A stretch of 64,000 bases of DNA from Octopus sinensis (GCF_006345805.1 NC_043001.1:39308001-39372000), one strand, 5' to 3'; shown: positions 48,341 through 61,534, counted from the first letter of the stretch. The notes: a model not told the origin generated them from the sequence alone. Numbers and translations: made by a program.

Positions 48341-49639
48341 GGAAAAGAAAGTGAGGAAAATATATTAAAATATATTAAAGTGTGGAGAAGAAGGGGTTAT
48401 TTAATCCTAAAGCCAATTACAGGAGGATAAGGTATGAAAAACGAGAACAGAGATTGAAAGAATGTAAACAAAATGGCTTCGTAAATTTTAACGGAGATGC
48501 TAGCTTAAGTTAAGGGGAATAAAATAAAATAATAAATAAAATATGAAATAGAAGATGAAAGTGATACTTATCACAACGATGCAGTCTGGATTTTTGTGCT
48601 TTACGGAATTATTTTCCGTCACAGGAGAGATGTTTCTTTTTCTTTCTTACAGGAGATAAATTAATTTAATGAGTTTCCACCATGTGCGTTTTCGGCGAAA
48701 TGAAAATTACTGTGTTACATTTGGCTTCAGGCAAAATATATTACGTTTTTGATTAATATATTTTTAACCAATGTGTTGTAGTGGACTTTATGAGTTGAAT
48801 TTTACGTTTTGTTACTTTCAGTAGATTATTTCGCCGATTTATTAACAATAATATAGTTTATCGGGAAAAGGAAGGAAAGGAAATAACTAAGTAATTCCTC
48901 ACAAGGATCTAAATCAATAAACACATCATCTAAAAATTTAAATCAATAAACATACTATTTAAAAAAGTTAAAACATATTTGATAATATTAACAGCATAAA
49001 TGGTAAAACGAAAAATACTCCAAACCCATAAAATAGAAATACAGAAGAATACTCTGAAAGCATAAGATATAAACACGACAATAATAATAATAATAAGCCA
49101 GAAAATATTCTAAAGAATTAAAACATTTAATTGTACCTGGGGAAGGCGATGCCCAATCAATTCTAAATGTAGGGTAAAAGAAGTTATATATAGATGTAAG
49201 ATTACATCAGAAGGTCAAGAATATTATTATATAGAAGCTATGAAAAATTATATAAAAAGAAAGAAAGAAAATCACAAAAATACATTTAAGGATAAAAACA
49301 ATGAAAAGAATACAAACCAAAGCAAACTAATTTGGTCAATTAAAGATAAAAATAAGCACTATACACTTACAAGTGAAATAATTAGCTGAGCTAAAGCTTA
49401 AAGCAGAGGGAGAAAATGATGCAAACTCTGTGTCAAAGAAATTTACCAGATTATCACATCAAAACTTAAATTAATTAATAGTAGGTGGGAAAGAGTTGTG
49501 TCCATCAAGCTAAAAATATGTATAATTGGTACAGAAAAAGATATAACAGTAATAATAAATGAAACTTGAAAGTTGGACATATTGGAAACAAGAATGGAGT
49601 ATAAGATATACTATAAATATAAAATATAAGTTAATCTAA

Positions 49640-50310
49640 TCATCATCATCGTTTAACGTCCGCTTTCCATGCTAGCATGGGTTGGACGATTTGACTGAGG
49701 GCTGGTGAACCAGATGGCTACACCAAGCTTCAATCTTGATCTAGCAGAGTTTCTACAGCTAGATGCCCTTCCTAACGCCAACCACTCCGAGAGTGTAGTG
49801 GGTGCTTTTATGTGCTACCGGTATGGGCCAGTCAGGTGGTACTGGCAATGACCTCACTCGACTCTTTTACACATGCCACTGGCACAAGTGCCAGTAAGGT
49901 GATGCTGGTAACGATCACACTCGAATGGTGTCTTTTATGTGTCACCAGCATGGAGACCAGATAGCCGCTCTGGCAATAATCACGCTCGGATGGTGCTCTT
50001 AATACCCTACTAGCACAGGGCTTGAGTGCCAGTAAGGCGACGCAGGTAACGATCACACTTGAATGGTGCCTTTTAAGTGCCACTGGTTCGGAAGCCAGTT
50101 AGCTGCTCTGTCAATGATCACACTCGTATAGTGCTCTTTGCACCCCACTAGCATGGACGCCAGTCATCGAATTTGATTTTGATCTTGATTTTGATTTCAC
50201 TTGCCTCAACAGGTCTTCGTAAGCAGAGTTTTAGTATCCAAAGAAGGAAAAGGTACGCATAAGTGGGCTGGTTACGCCCCTGGCATAGACCACAAGATTA
50301 TGGTCTCATA
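49640..50310 (-). mobile_element. RTE 3'-UTR-only copy with six diverged repeat units
   Basis: Tail catcatcatcgtttaacgtccgc on plus; colinear with 42480-43017. Confidence 0.85.
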
Positions 50311-52184
50311 ATCCAATATGACTGAATAATAAATATTATGGGGAGATAATGTTACCAATATGAAAGGATATGATACCAATATGAGAATAACAAACTAGGT
50401 ATTCCAATATTAAATGAAATATTGAACAACAATAGTGAGATACATATGTAGATTAATAATTTTAAAATATCAATTATAATATAAATAGCACTAATATGAG
50501 CAAGACATATAAAAATAGATGTGGGGAGACAATACAAATAGTAGTAAGTGATTATATCAGGTGGCTTCACAATATATGGTAGTAACAGAAATACGTTATA
50601 GAAAATCTAATAGGCTATCACATCAAAACCTAAATTAATTAGCAATAGGTAAGAAAGTGTTATGAGTCGTGTACATCAAAATAAACATATGTATGATACA
50701 TATAAGAAACTGAATAATAACAAGATTAAATAAGCCTGTGTTGAGGATACATTAGAAATGAAAACTTCATGTTAATCTAATAAAATAATAAATTATGATT
50801 ATGGGGATAAAAACTATATATATAAATTGGGTATCTATAATATTAATTAGATATATGAACAAATATAACGAACTACCTATCTATATTAACATATTAGTAA
50901 TTACAATTAATAATAATACTAGTAACAATAGTATAAACAATAATAGCGATGATATGAATAACAATAGCATAAGAATAACTACAATGAAGGGATCTCTGTG
51001 GTTTCCGTCAATATTTATAATTTTTTCCTATTGTTTTCAAATTTGGTATATGGATTAAGTTTTGTATACTAATTATGAAAATGAAATTCATTTTTCCTAT
51101 AAATCGATTACTAAAATGTTCTTAGCCTTTAAAATTTGCAAAATTTGGGTATTTAGCCAATCAGAAGTGAGTATTTTACATATCACTCTGTTTCTATAGT
51201 AACCAAAGTTGCTGCACATGTGCAGAAGGAGGAGAAGATATGAGAACGATAATCTTAATATAATAATACTCTAGTGTTTTTCTCTGTCACAACATATGAA
51301 TGAGAGAGGAAGGGGTGATGGCAAACTGTTAGTGGGAGCGTTTTATCTCTGTGTGAGTAAATGTGTTCATGTGCGTGCGTGTACAAGGGAAGTAGCAAGT
51401 TTTGACATGCCGATGCGCCCCCACCCCCATGATAGAAATTCTGAAAATTATCAAACTTTGAACACCTGTAACATTTTTGCCAAATTTTTCTGGAATAAAT
51501 GAATAACAAATTCAGATTTAGCATCAAAATTACATCTATATGGAACATTAAAAATTTTTTCAAAGATAATTGTAAACAGTGACAGAAACCACAAAGATCC
51601 CAATGAAGTACCTACCGATTTTAATATATTGAATTATGAATAATAAAAACATGGAAAAACAATTAAAGGGCCTGATAAACGAACAGTATAAAATAGTAGG
51701 GATCTAGTCTTTTTCATTCGCAAAATAAGCCCCCTTTAATTTTGCTCAGATTGCTTTCAATTTTGGTGTATCGATGCAACTCTGAATTTTGATTGTGATC
51801 AACCAATTACTTTATCTCGTAAATTTAAGAATCTGATGTTCTTTGGAATTAAATTTGGGAAATTTGGGTAATTTTAGCCAATCAACAGACAGCGTGGCAT
51901 TAGCAGCTTCTTACCATGACAACCACTGTTGTCTGTGCCGCATGTTGTTCTATGTTGATTTTTACACTTGATTCTTCACACCATGAGATTCTTTTTACCC
52001 GTGTGTTTTGCTTTAATTTTTCTGTGCTTTTGGGACAAATTCTTAGTTGACCAGTATTATTCTTATCATAGTTTACAAATCCAAGCATGAAAACGTTACT
52101 CAACTTTGGAGTTTTGGAGATAGATGCTCCCTTCACACACACGTACACACATACACACACAAATACACACACACACACATACAC

Positions 52185-52220
<36 letters not shown>

Positions 52221-52949
52221 GAATACATAAATGTACATATAAACTTATATATGAATACATACATCCACAGGCACTTATATATTAATGATGTACACAAATA
52301 CATGACAGGTATACATAATACTGAAATATGCTTAAAGTAAACACACGCAGACAATTATATTAATATAACAAATTTTAAAACAATAATAAAAATATACAAT
52401 CAATGAAGAGATAAAAGAAACAGTAAGATGATACATGTTGATTTTATTAGGTATTTCTCTTTATTTAGAAACCTACAAGGAACAGGTCATATCACAGACA
52501 CTAAACTATAAATTTCACAGGGCACAACCTTAAAGTTGACACTGTTCTGCTAAATGCAGAAAATTTCCGTCCTGCTATTGCCTAAAAATACACAGTTTTT
52601 CCAGTTTTTAAACCTCTGTAATATTTTTCTCCAATTTTTTCCTCCACACCAGGATACCTTCATAGGAATGAGACTGGAAGACTACATTATAAAAGCCGAT
52701 TTTCAGATTTTTTACTTCCTTTTAAAAAATGTATGTTTTGCAAAGGAAAAAATCTAGATCCAATAGTATGATTGAATGAATATCTTAACTACCCTAGAAA
52801 CAAAGACGATTAATTTGTTTATCTAAAAAACCAAAAAAGTGAAGAATAGTAACATGACTTAGATTTTGGCAGCAAATTCTTATCTTGACCAGTAGGGTAA
52901 AAAATAATCAGTTTTGAGTTACTTTTAGAACAGTATCCACCATGCAGTT

Positions 52950-53720
52950 GAATAATGAAACCAAAGTTTTCTCATTCAGTTGGAATTATTCTCCAGTTGA
53001 GAGAAATTAAACAGTCAAAATGCCCAGGAGAAGCCTTTGTTTGTTTATTACATCATACAGCACTTTAAAGTGCAAGATGAGTCAGGCCACCAATCAAGAG
53101 TTTTACTGCAATGTTTTGAAGTGTTTGAGGGAGGAAATTCAGTGAAAGCTATCGTACCTGTAGAGCATGAAGTAAATGGATTCTTTGTGATGACAATGGA
53201 CTCTGTCACTGAGCTCTCTTCACTCACGAGTTTCTCACCAAAGACAACATGATATCGTTTCTGCACCTGCTCATTTAATCAGATTTAGCATCTGCAGCCT
53301 TCCATCTCTCCACCTAGATGAAAATGCATCTCAAAGGGTGCCATTTTAACAGTACTGTTGAGATCGAAAGTGAATTGCAGGAAGTCCCTCAACTCGCTTA
53401 CAAAAAGCAACTTTCAGGCTAGATTCCAAAAGTGTCAAAAACAATGAAAATTTTTGAAAAATTTGCATAAGCCTCTGAGCAGGTATAGCCAACCTTTTGG
53501 CAAAATTTGATGCAGACTCTCTGCTCAGCTTTCTCTGTCATGGTCAATGCAATGATCACGTGCTACACACCTTTCTACCAAGCAAGGTGTAAGCTAGAAT
53601 GTTAAAACTTAGTACGCATACATAGCAGTGTACAAGGCAATCTGTGCCAAGTGGCTTCACTCTGCATGCTTTAGCTTCGTTACTATGGCAACAGTCCGGA
53701 TACTTATTGATCAGACTATA
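52950..53720. mobile_element. Rearranged mariner remnant (C-terminal part on +, TIR and N-terminal part on -)
   Basis: Plus: TNQEFYCNVL...LKGCHF...FQK (52950-53440). Minus: TIR-like gtctgatcaataagtatccggactg (~53718-53694), then EQRVCIKFCQKVGYTCSEAYANF. Confidence 0.7.
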
Positions 53721-54206
53721 TATATATTGTATGCATGCATGTGCATGTGTGTGCACACATGCACGCATGTGTGCGTATTGAAGAGTGATATTTATGCTGA
53801 TAATCAGAAATCCAACTTGTGTACACCTTAAAGAGGATGTTAATGCATTAAAAGAATATTCATTTTAATAATAATAATACTTCTCAAATTTTTAGAACAA
53901 TTATTAATTGTTAATTTCATCATACGAAAAACAATTTATGGATCACATATTAGTAACTAAGTTTCTCTTCTGCAAATCAAACTTATAACCTCAGCCATAA
54001 TATCGCCATTTCAATAATACTGGAATAATATAAGGAAATAAGTTATAAATATTAAAATATTATTTGTAGTAATTCTTAGTCACAACTATCAAATTTTGTG
54101 AATTGAATGATTCTCAAAGTTAGTTTTTACAGAAATATATTCTATGATCATTATGTCTTAATATGGACAGAAAAATATATAGAAATGATTACTATTTGGT
54201 ACTTAC

Positions 54207-54488
54207 TAAATAGTGTTGTTGCTATGAATTTTATCGCCTTGTTAGTGCTCTTACAAATAGCTATTACGTCTCCATTTGAAATGAATGTGATGTTTAAGAT
54301 GTTGACTTTTCCAGGAAGCACATTTGCTTCAAATTTTTTAGTTTTAACAGGTGACCAATCAGGACTATTAATTTGATGTAATCTGAGCACCCAGACTGTA
54401 ACATTTTCATTTGCAATAGGACATTTTAAAGTTACTTCTTGATTTATCTTGACAAATTTTATGCTACCATCTGGTGTTGCAAGAGAAA
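54207..54488 (-). CDS. IgSF protein, 1st exon seen (end of signal peptide plus Ig-like domain 1)
   Basis: Acceptor ttttcctttctttcag at 54490-54489, donor gtaagt at 54206; 282 nt, phase 1/1. Encodes (x)SLA|TPDGSIKFVKINQEVTLKCPIANENVTVW...NILNIT...AICKS...TLF. Joining to the 35 kb exon across an 18.7-kb intron is inferred. Confidence 0.75.
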
Positions 54489-54594
54489 CTGAAAGAAAGG
54501 AAAACAAAACCAATTTATATATATATATATATATAGATCAATAAATGGTGGGGTTGTGTTGACCGCACGTGGAGAAATGATAAGTAAGGAAAAA

Positions 54595-54736
54595 TTTTTT
54601 TTTAAATGCAGAATGCTCAAATGAAAGAAAATTTTAATAAAATGAGAAAATGATAAAATATATAAAAATATATATTTATTCAACCGGTTTTCGTCATTGT
54701 ATGACTTCATTTGAGCATTCTGCATTTAAAAAAAAA
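54595..54736. repeat. Perfect 31-bp inverted repeat with 80-bp spacer
   Basis: t9-aaatgcagaatgctcaaatgaa (54595-54625) and its exact reverse complement (54706-54736). Confidence 0.9.
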
Positions 54737-54969
54737 TGTTTCCTTACCTATATATATATATATAATTCCAAGAGAATTAGAGGTTGTGAATCCAACCAAC
54801 TAAAGGATAATATCTATCCACTATACTGCTGATAGAATACCCAATTATTAATACACAGGTGTTGTTTATTGCATGGCAATCACACTACTGAATGTAATAA
54901 ATGGGCGAGGGTAGTACTGTACTACCCTCAAACTAGATTGCTTATTTAAATTCTATTATTATTCTATTA

Positions 54970-55047
54970 GAAGAAGAAGAAGAAGAAGAAGAAGAAGAAG
55001 AAGAAGAAGAAGAAGAAGAAGAAGAAGAAGAAGAAGAAGAAGAAGAA
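54970..55047. repeat. (GAA)26 microsatellite
   Basis: 78 bp of uninterrupted GAA. Confidence 0.97.
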
Positions 55048-55429
55048 TGCAGGAGTGCTATGATAGTAGTAGGATGTTAAATGGTCAAGTACCCTGAAAG
55101 TGACTTGTTGTGGATGGTAGTAGTGATTGAATTCTTGAGACATCTCTTTTGAATGTATTGTTTATAATATTTGCATAGGTGCTATTCTAAACAGCAGTAG
55201 TAGTAAAGTAAGGAAGGGGGTGGCGGAGAGGAAGAAGGCAAAGAAGAAGAAGGAGAAAGAGAAGAAGAGAGAATAATAAGGGAATGTGGGATGGTATGAT
55301 AGTAGTAGGATGTTAAATGGTCAAGTGACCTAAAAGTGACCCATTGTGGAATATAGCAGTGATTGGGACTACTTTTAATGAATTCTTGGGTATCTCTTGA
55401 ATGTATTATTTTTAATATTTGCATGTATG

Positions 55430-56700
55430 TTATTCAAAGGCCATTGTGTATATGTTGTTTCTTGTAGATGCGTTCAAAAGGGGTCTGTATTTTGTAATAA
55501 AGAGAGTCTCTTTACTAATTCATTGGCTACAGGTTGCATCATCCATGATTTAGTAGACAGGAACATTTCTGAAGCTTGGATTTTTATTATTGGCGCAAAT
55601 GTCGATGTGTTGGCTGAATGCTATTTTTCTGTTTTGGGGAATTTTGATCTGGGATCTGTGCAGAGCCACCCTCTGACATAGACTCTTTTTGTTTGGCCTA
55701 TGTATTGCTCTTGACACCCAGAGCAGGTTAGTGCGTATATTAGGTTCTCCATGTTAAACCTATATAGAGAAGGGCTCACTGACAAAGAATATGACTATAT
55801 AACCAATTTCAAAACTAAAACCAATCAATTCCCAAGATACAAAAAAGTGAGAAAATAAGTAGCGCATGCAGGATAGCCACAGACATAATAATCAAAGTCC
55901 CTACTCCTAATGACCTCAAATTGAGACCTATAATAGCAGGTCCTCCGTGCGAAACCCACTGCCTCAGTGACTTTTTAGATACCCTCTTAAAACCATTCCT
56001 CAAGCATGTCAAAAGATACATAAGGGATGACCTGGATATGCTCAATTACCTTCCTGAAACAATAAATAAAAACACCCTACTTGTATCCTTCGATGTAGTC
56101 AACCTCTATTCCAATATCCCCCACAACCTAGGAATAGAGGCAATTCAATTCTGGCTAGAGAATTATGCCACTGAACTCCCACATCACATCAAAAAAGAAT
56201 TCGTGATAGAAGGCCTAAAATTCATCTTGGAGAATAGCTACTTCGTCTTCAAAGACAACTTCTATCAACAAAAATTGGGGAATGCGATGAGTACGAGAAT
56301 GGCCCCCTCCTTTGCTAACCTAGTTATGGGATATCTAGAAATTAGTCTTTATCGTAAGGTTCTAGAAAAATACGGCAGCCCATTCTCCCTCTACATAGAA
56401 AATAACTGGAAGAGATACCTGGATGACCGTTTCATTCTTTGGCATGAAAGTATAGAGAGACTTAAAGAATTCAAAGCACTTATCAATGGACTTGATGTAA
56501 ACATTCAATTCATGATGGAATATAGCCATCAACAACTTCCCTTCCTCGACATCCTCATTAAAAAATCTAACACCATAATAGAAACAGATATATACTATAA
56601 GCCCACGGACTCCAAGCAATATCTGCCATTCAGCTCATGCCACCCTAGACACACCAGAATGAATATCCCCTTCAACCTAGCAAAAAGGATATGTACTATA
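55430..56700. mobile_element. Penelope-like element: RT on +, preceded by an inverted GIY-YIG endonuclease segment on -
   Basis: Plus: RPII...LVSFDVVNLYSNIP...YQQKLGNAMSTRMAPSFANL...WKRYLDD...LPFLD...YYKPT...SCHP. Minus from ~55755: ENLIYALTCSGCQEQYIGQTK. Confidence 0.88.
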
Positions 56701-59490
56701 GATCTAATGCAATTGAAACAAAGTCTTGCCATTTTTCATAATGAACAGTTCACAGACTCCAAAATACAAAAACTGTTATGTGATGATATCATTGAGCCTT
56801 CAATGCCATCCTGGAGAAGTTAGTATTGGGTAACAACAAATGAAAAACAGAAGAAAAGACTTGTAGTTGATTAGTAAGACTGTTAACCGCTTTATTCAGC
56901 TCGATGCTTATCTATTGCCGAGAATTGATGAGATGGTTGAGAGCATATCAAGGTATGAAATGTACAGTACATTAGATCTCCACAGCTCCTATCATCAGAT
57001 ACCAATCAAGGAAGAAGAGAGACATTTTATAGCTTTCGAAGCCAGAGGCAACTTGTACCATTTTAAACGTATTCCTTTTGGGATGACCAATGGAGTTGTC
57101 TGTTTTCAATGCATCCTGGATAACATGATTATAGAAGAGAAGATCAAGAATACTTTTACATACTTGAATAATATTACCATCTGTGGAGAGAATCAAGAAG
57201 ACCATGACAAAAATCTCACACACTTGTTCTCAGAAGTATAACATAACCCTCAATGAAAAGAAGAGTATTGTCAGTGCAAAGGAAATCAAGTTACTAGGGT
57301 TTCAAGTATCAAAAGGAAACATCAAACCTGATCCTGGGAGATTGCGACCGTTGAAGGTACTTGCTGACCCACATGACTCCAAGTTTCAAAAGAGGATCAT
57401 TGGCATGTTCTCTTACTACTCATCATGGATTTTGCATTTTTCTTATAAAACTCATCCTCTAATAATAGATAAAACATTCCCCTTACCAGTGAAAGTGAAA
57501 AATGCCTTTGAGTACCTGAAAGTAGAAATCGCAAAAGCAAGTGTTGAGACTATTGAACCAACTCTACTCCTAGTGGTTGAGACAGATTCTTCAGACATAG
57601 CTATCGCAGCAACTCCTAATCAATGTGGAAAACACGTTGTTTTTTTCTCAAGATCACTGAGTCCAAGTGAAAGGAATCATTCATCAGTTGAAAAAGAGGC
57701 CTACACTATCATAGAAGCTCTTTGAAAATGGAAGCATTATCTTCTTGGCAAGCATATCAAAAGACCAAAAGAGTATTACTTTCATGTTTGACAATGCCCA
57801 GACGAGCAAAATCAAGAATGATAAACTACAGCGCTGGTGTATTGAACTGTCTTGCTGGTTACGATGTCTACAGTCCTGGAAATAAAAATCTTGCAGTTGA
57901 CGAACTATCTCATGCTTTCTGCTCTGCTTTCTCCTCGGGTAGTTCTGACATACTTAAAGAAATCCATTCCTCTCTTTGTCATCCAGGAATCTCTTGAATG
58001 TTTCACTTTGTAAAATCTAAAAACTTAACTTTCTCCACTGAAGAAGTGATGCAAATGACTGCAAGCTGAAACGTCTGTCGTAAACTCAAACCTTCTTTCT
58101 ACCAACATTATGACCCCCATTTGATTAAAGCAACACAACCTTTTGAAAGACTCAGTGTTGACTTTAAAGGACCTTTGCTTTCTAATTCCTACAAGAAGTA
58201 TCTTCTTATTGCCATTGATGACTACTCTTGCTCCCCTTTTGCTTTCTCTTGTCTCGACATGAGTGCTTCAACTCTCAAAAAATGTTTTTGTAAATTTTTG
58301 TCTCTCTATGGCATGCCCTCCCACATTCATTCTGACAGGGTGACAAGTCTTATGTCTAATGAACTGAAAAGGGTTTTTACATAGTAAGGGAAATGCTTCG
58401 AGGAGAACTACGGTATTTAACCCCTGAGGAAATGGTCAGGTTGAACGCCTCAATGGCACTCAATGGAACTCAATGGAACTCAGTGGAAAACTGTGACACT
58501 GGCTCTGAGGACAAAAGGATTGGCAATCACTCAATGGGAATTGCTTCTGCAAGATCCTCTGCATGCAGTCAGGTCTCTCCTGTGTACAGCGACCAATGAA
58601 ACACCTCATAAAAGACTTTTCCAATATAACCTTAAATTTACAACTGGTACAACTCTTCCCAGTTGGCTTCTATCACCAGATCCTGTTTTGATGAGACGAA
58701 ATGTGAGAACTTCCAAATATGAACCGCTAGTGGGTGAAGTGAAGTTACTGGACTGCAATCCACTCTATGCTCATGTTAAACTGCAGGATGGGAGAGAAAC
58801 TACAGTGTCTCTCTAAGTCAGCTGGCTCCACCCAAAGGAAAGGACGCAGCAGACCTCTGTGTTCAAGAGACAGCCCCTATCTTGCAGCAGCTCCCGGACC
58901 TGCTGAACCTGCTGAAAGATATGAGTGCTCTTCAAGCAAGGCATATTAACATTTGTGAATAATATGAACATTCTCCTCTTGTGGAGGGAGCTGTGGATCA
59001 AACCCAAGACATGTGCGCTACCTGACAAAGCACATGATGTGAAGCCTTCTGTTGACTATAGTACTAACCAAAATGTATCCCCTAATTCCAATACTAATCC
59101 TAGTCATTCTACTAATTCGCCATCACACCGTCCCCACACTTCCTTTATCAGAACCAGACCTTACAAATTGCGTAATAGAGAAGACGAGACCCTAAATAGT
59201 CCTATTGTTCTGAAGGTTGAGAAACCTTCACATCCCTGAATAAACAACAAAACTGTTTAAACAAACTTGTGTTGTAAAATGTTTCTTCCTTTTATGCATG
59301 ATCCGTTCTCTTCCACATAGGGGGTGAATGCCATAAATAGCATGATTTGCGCTTGTATCTAAAGTTTGCCCTCATTAGCTGTGTCATTGCTAAAGATTAA
59401 CTCTTGCCATTTTGTCTGCTTCTATTGCAAATCACACTGTGAAGCATGCTGTATTGAATATTAGATAAAGCCTATCATAAGGTCACACCC
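56700..59490 (+). mobile_element. Ty3/Gypsy (Mag-like) pol remnant with PPT and probable 3' LTR
   Basis: RT (LDAYLLPRID, STLDLHSSYHQI, IPFGMTN, YLNNITI), RNase H (VETDSSD, EKEA) and integrase (PFERLSVDFKGP, IHSD, GNGQVERLN). PPT-like gggggtgaa at ~59320, then an LTR-like block. Confidence 0.85.
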
Positions 59491-59699
59491 GTCTTTGTAA
59501 ATTGTCTTACTTCAGCCTATGGGGTAGATGGCGAGCAGTTCATGACTGACAGTAACGGATTTGGTCTAGTTTGAACCATTTTGAAAAAGAAAACACAAGA
59601 GGTTTCCATTCAGAACTACACTGTTGGTGTCACACAAAACCAACACCAAGGTCCGAAGCATCTACTGACGACAGCATTGCATCAGGAGACTGATATGTC

Positions 59700-61530
59700 A
59701 GCATGGAGACATGTGATAAACTCTGTTTGATATCCTAAAGGGCTTTGATCTGGATAGGAATGAATGAGACAAGTTCATTTGCTTTCTTTCTGTTCTGCAA
59801 CATATCTGTAAAGGGTGCCAATATTTGCAAACATTTAAGAATAAACCATCGGTAAAAATTTACAAGGCCTAGAAAATGACGGAGTTGAGAGTTGACACAG
59901 TGAAGTAGGTACAGGAATCTTTTTGACTGCTTCAACTTTTTCAGCTAAAGGCCTGATTTCGTCCTTGTCGATGGTGTGTCCCAGGAAGGTAAGAGAGGAA
60001 GCTCTGAAAACACACTACGTAACGTTAATCCAAATAATTGCTGTAAATGACTTTCATGTTCTTCTTCAGATGAACTGGCAATGAGGAGATCGTCAATGTA
60101 GGTATACACAAAATGGAGATCATGGATGACTTCGTCTATGAAGCGTTAGAAGGAGCTCGCAGCGTTACATAATCAAATGGCATTGTTAAATACTCGAAAT
60201 CTCCAAAGGGAGTGGTTACAGCAGTTTTTGGAACGTTGGTAGGGTGGATGGTTATTTGGTAGTATGCACAGATAAGATCTATCTTCAAAAAAATAGTACA
60301 GCCATGTAACAAAGCTGTGAAATCCTGAAAGTGTGGAATGGGACACCGGTCTGGTACTGTGAGGGCATCAGGTCATCTGTAGTCTCCGCAAGGTCTCAAG
60401 TCAGGGGATGATTTCTTGGGGACCATGAGTAATGGAGAAACCCAGCTACTGGAAGAAGGACGTACAATTCCAAGCTGTAACGTGTTCGAATTCTGCTTTT
60501 AGGGCTTTAAGTTCCTCTTCTGACAAACGTCTCGGAGGAGAAAAGACAGGAGGGCCCATGGTCAAAATATGGTGTTCTACGGGGTATGAATTATCCTTTC
60601 CATAGGACAATGGCTTCGATAACTCCGGGAAAGACTTCAACAATGTGTGGTATTTGTTGGCAGCGGCAGCGACAAAGAAAAACGGGCTGACTGTGGAAAC
60701 AAATCAGTCAGTGCCATGTATACTGAGTTGCGTCTTACTGTCGATAAGTTGTCTGTTCTTCAGATTGACCAGCAAAGAAAATGGGAGAGGAAATCTGCTC
60801 CCAGGTATCGGGTACAGCAGATCGGCAACTAGAAAAACCAACTGGAATCATCGTCTGAGTCGTATATTCAAGGTGAGAGAAATTTCACCATATGTGGTGA
60901 TGAGCGAATGGTTGACTGCTTGCAAGGTAGTGGCTGAAGGATAAGGTTTTCTGTGCATATATTTGGCTGGCCAGATACTACAGGCAGCACCTGAGTCAAT
61001 CTGGAAGTTCTGTAAAATTTCAACCTTGGTAAAAATTGCACGACTTGGTGGAGTGATACCGGAAACAGTAGCCATTACTGCTCCGATCAGGTGTTTTCTT
61101 GGATATTATATGAGCAAGGTCGTGTGCAATTCCTTACCTTGGCACCGAAATAGGTATGGTGATAACGTATCGATCCCTTATTGCCGACGCACCAATGTCT
61201 AGATAGAGATCTAGAGCGGGTTCAGTGTCTAGCACGTGAAGCTGTATTCCTTTCCAAACGGAGGTTGCGAACTTCCACTACCAGGTCTTCGATTGTTTTT
61301 TCGTGGTGTGTCAAAAATCCTGGAACTGGGATGCTATAGCCATTATGGTAATGGAAGGAGAAGGAGAAGGTAATGTTGGAGTGGTTATCTCCATTATTTT
61401 ATCGGCTGATGTCGCCAGTTGTTCACCAGTACTGATGTCGCACATGGGTGCGAGGATGGCTTGGACGTTAGTGGGTAGGTGAGAAAGAAATAGTTGTTTG
61501 AGAAAATCGCTCTTTGATGAATTGCCTTCA
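59700..61530 (-). mobile_element. Ty3/Gypsy (CsRN1-like) remnant: gag C-terminus, protease, RT, connection
   Basis: FLKQLFLSHLP...ADKIME and YFGAKVRNCTRPCS (gag), QIDSGA (protease), VEHHILTMGPPV...PRRL and YIDDLLIAS (RT), LRHFLGLVNFYR. Confidence 0.85.
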
Positions 61531-61534
61531 GCTA

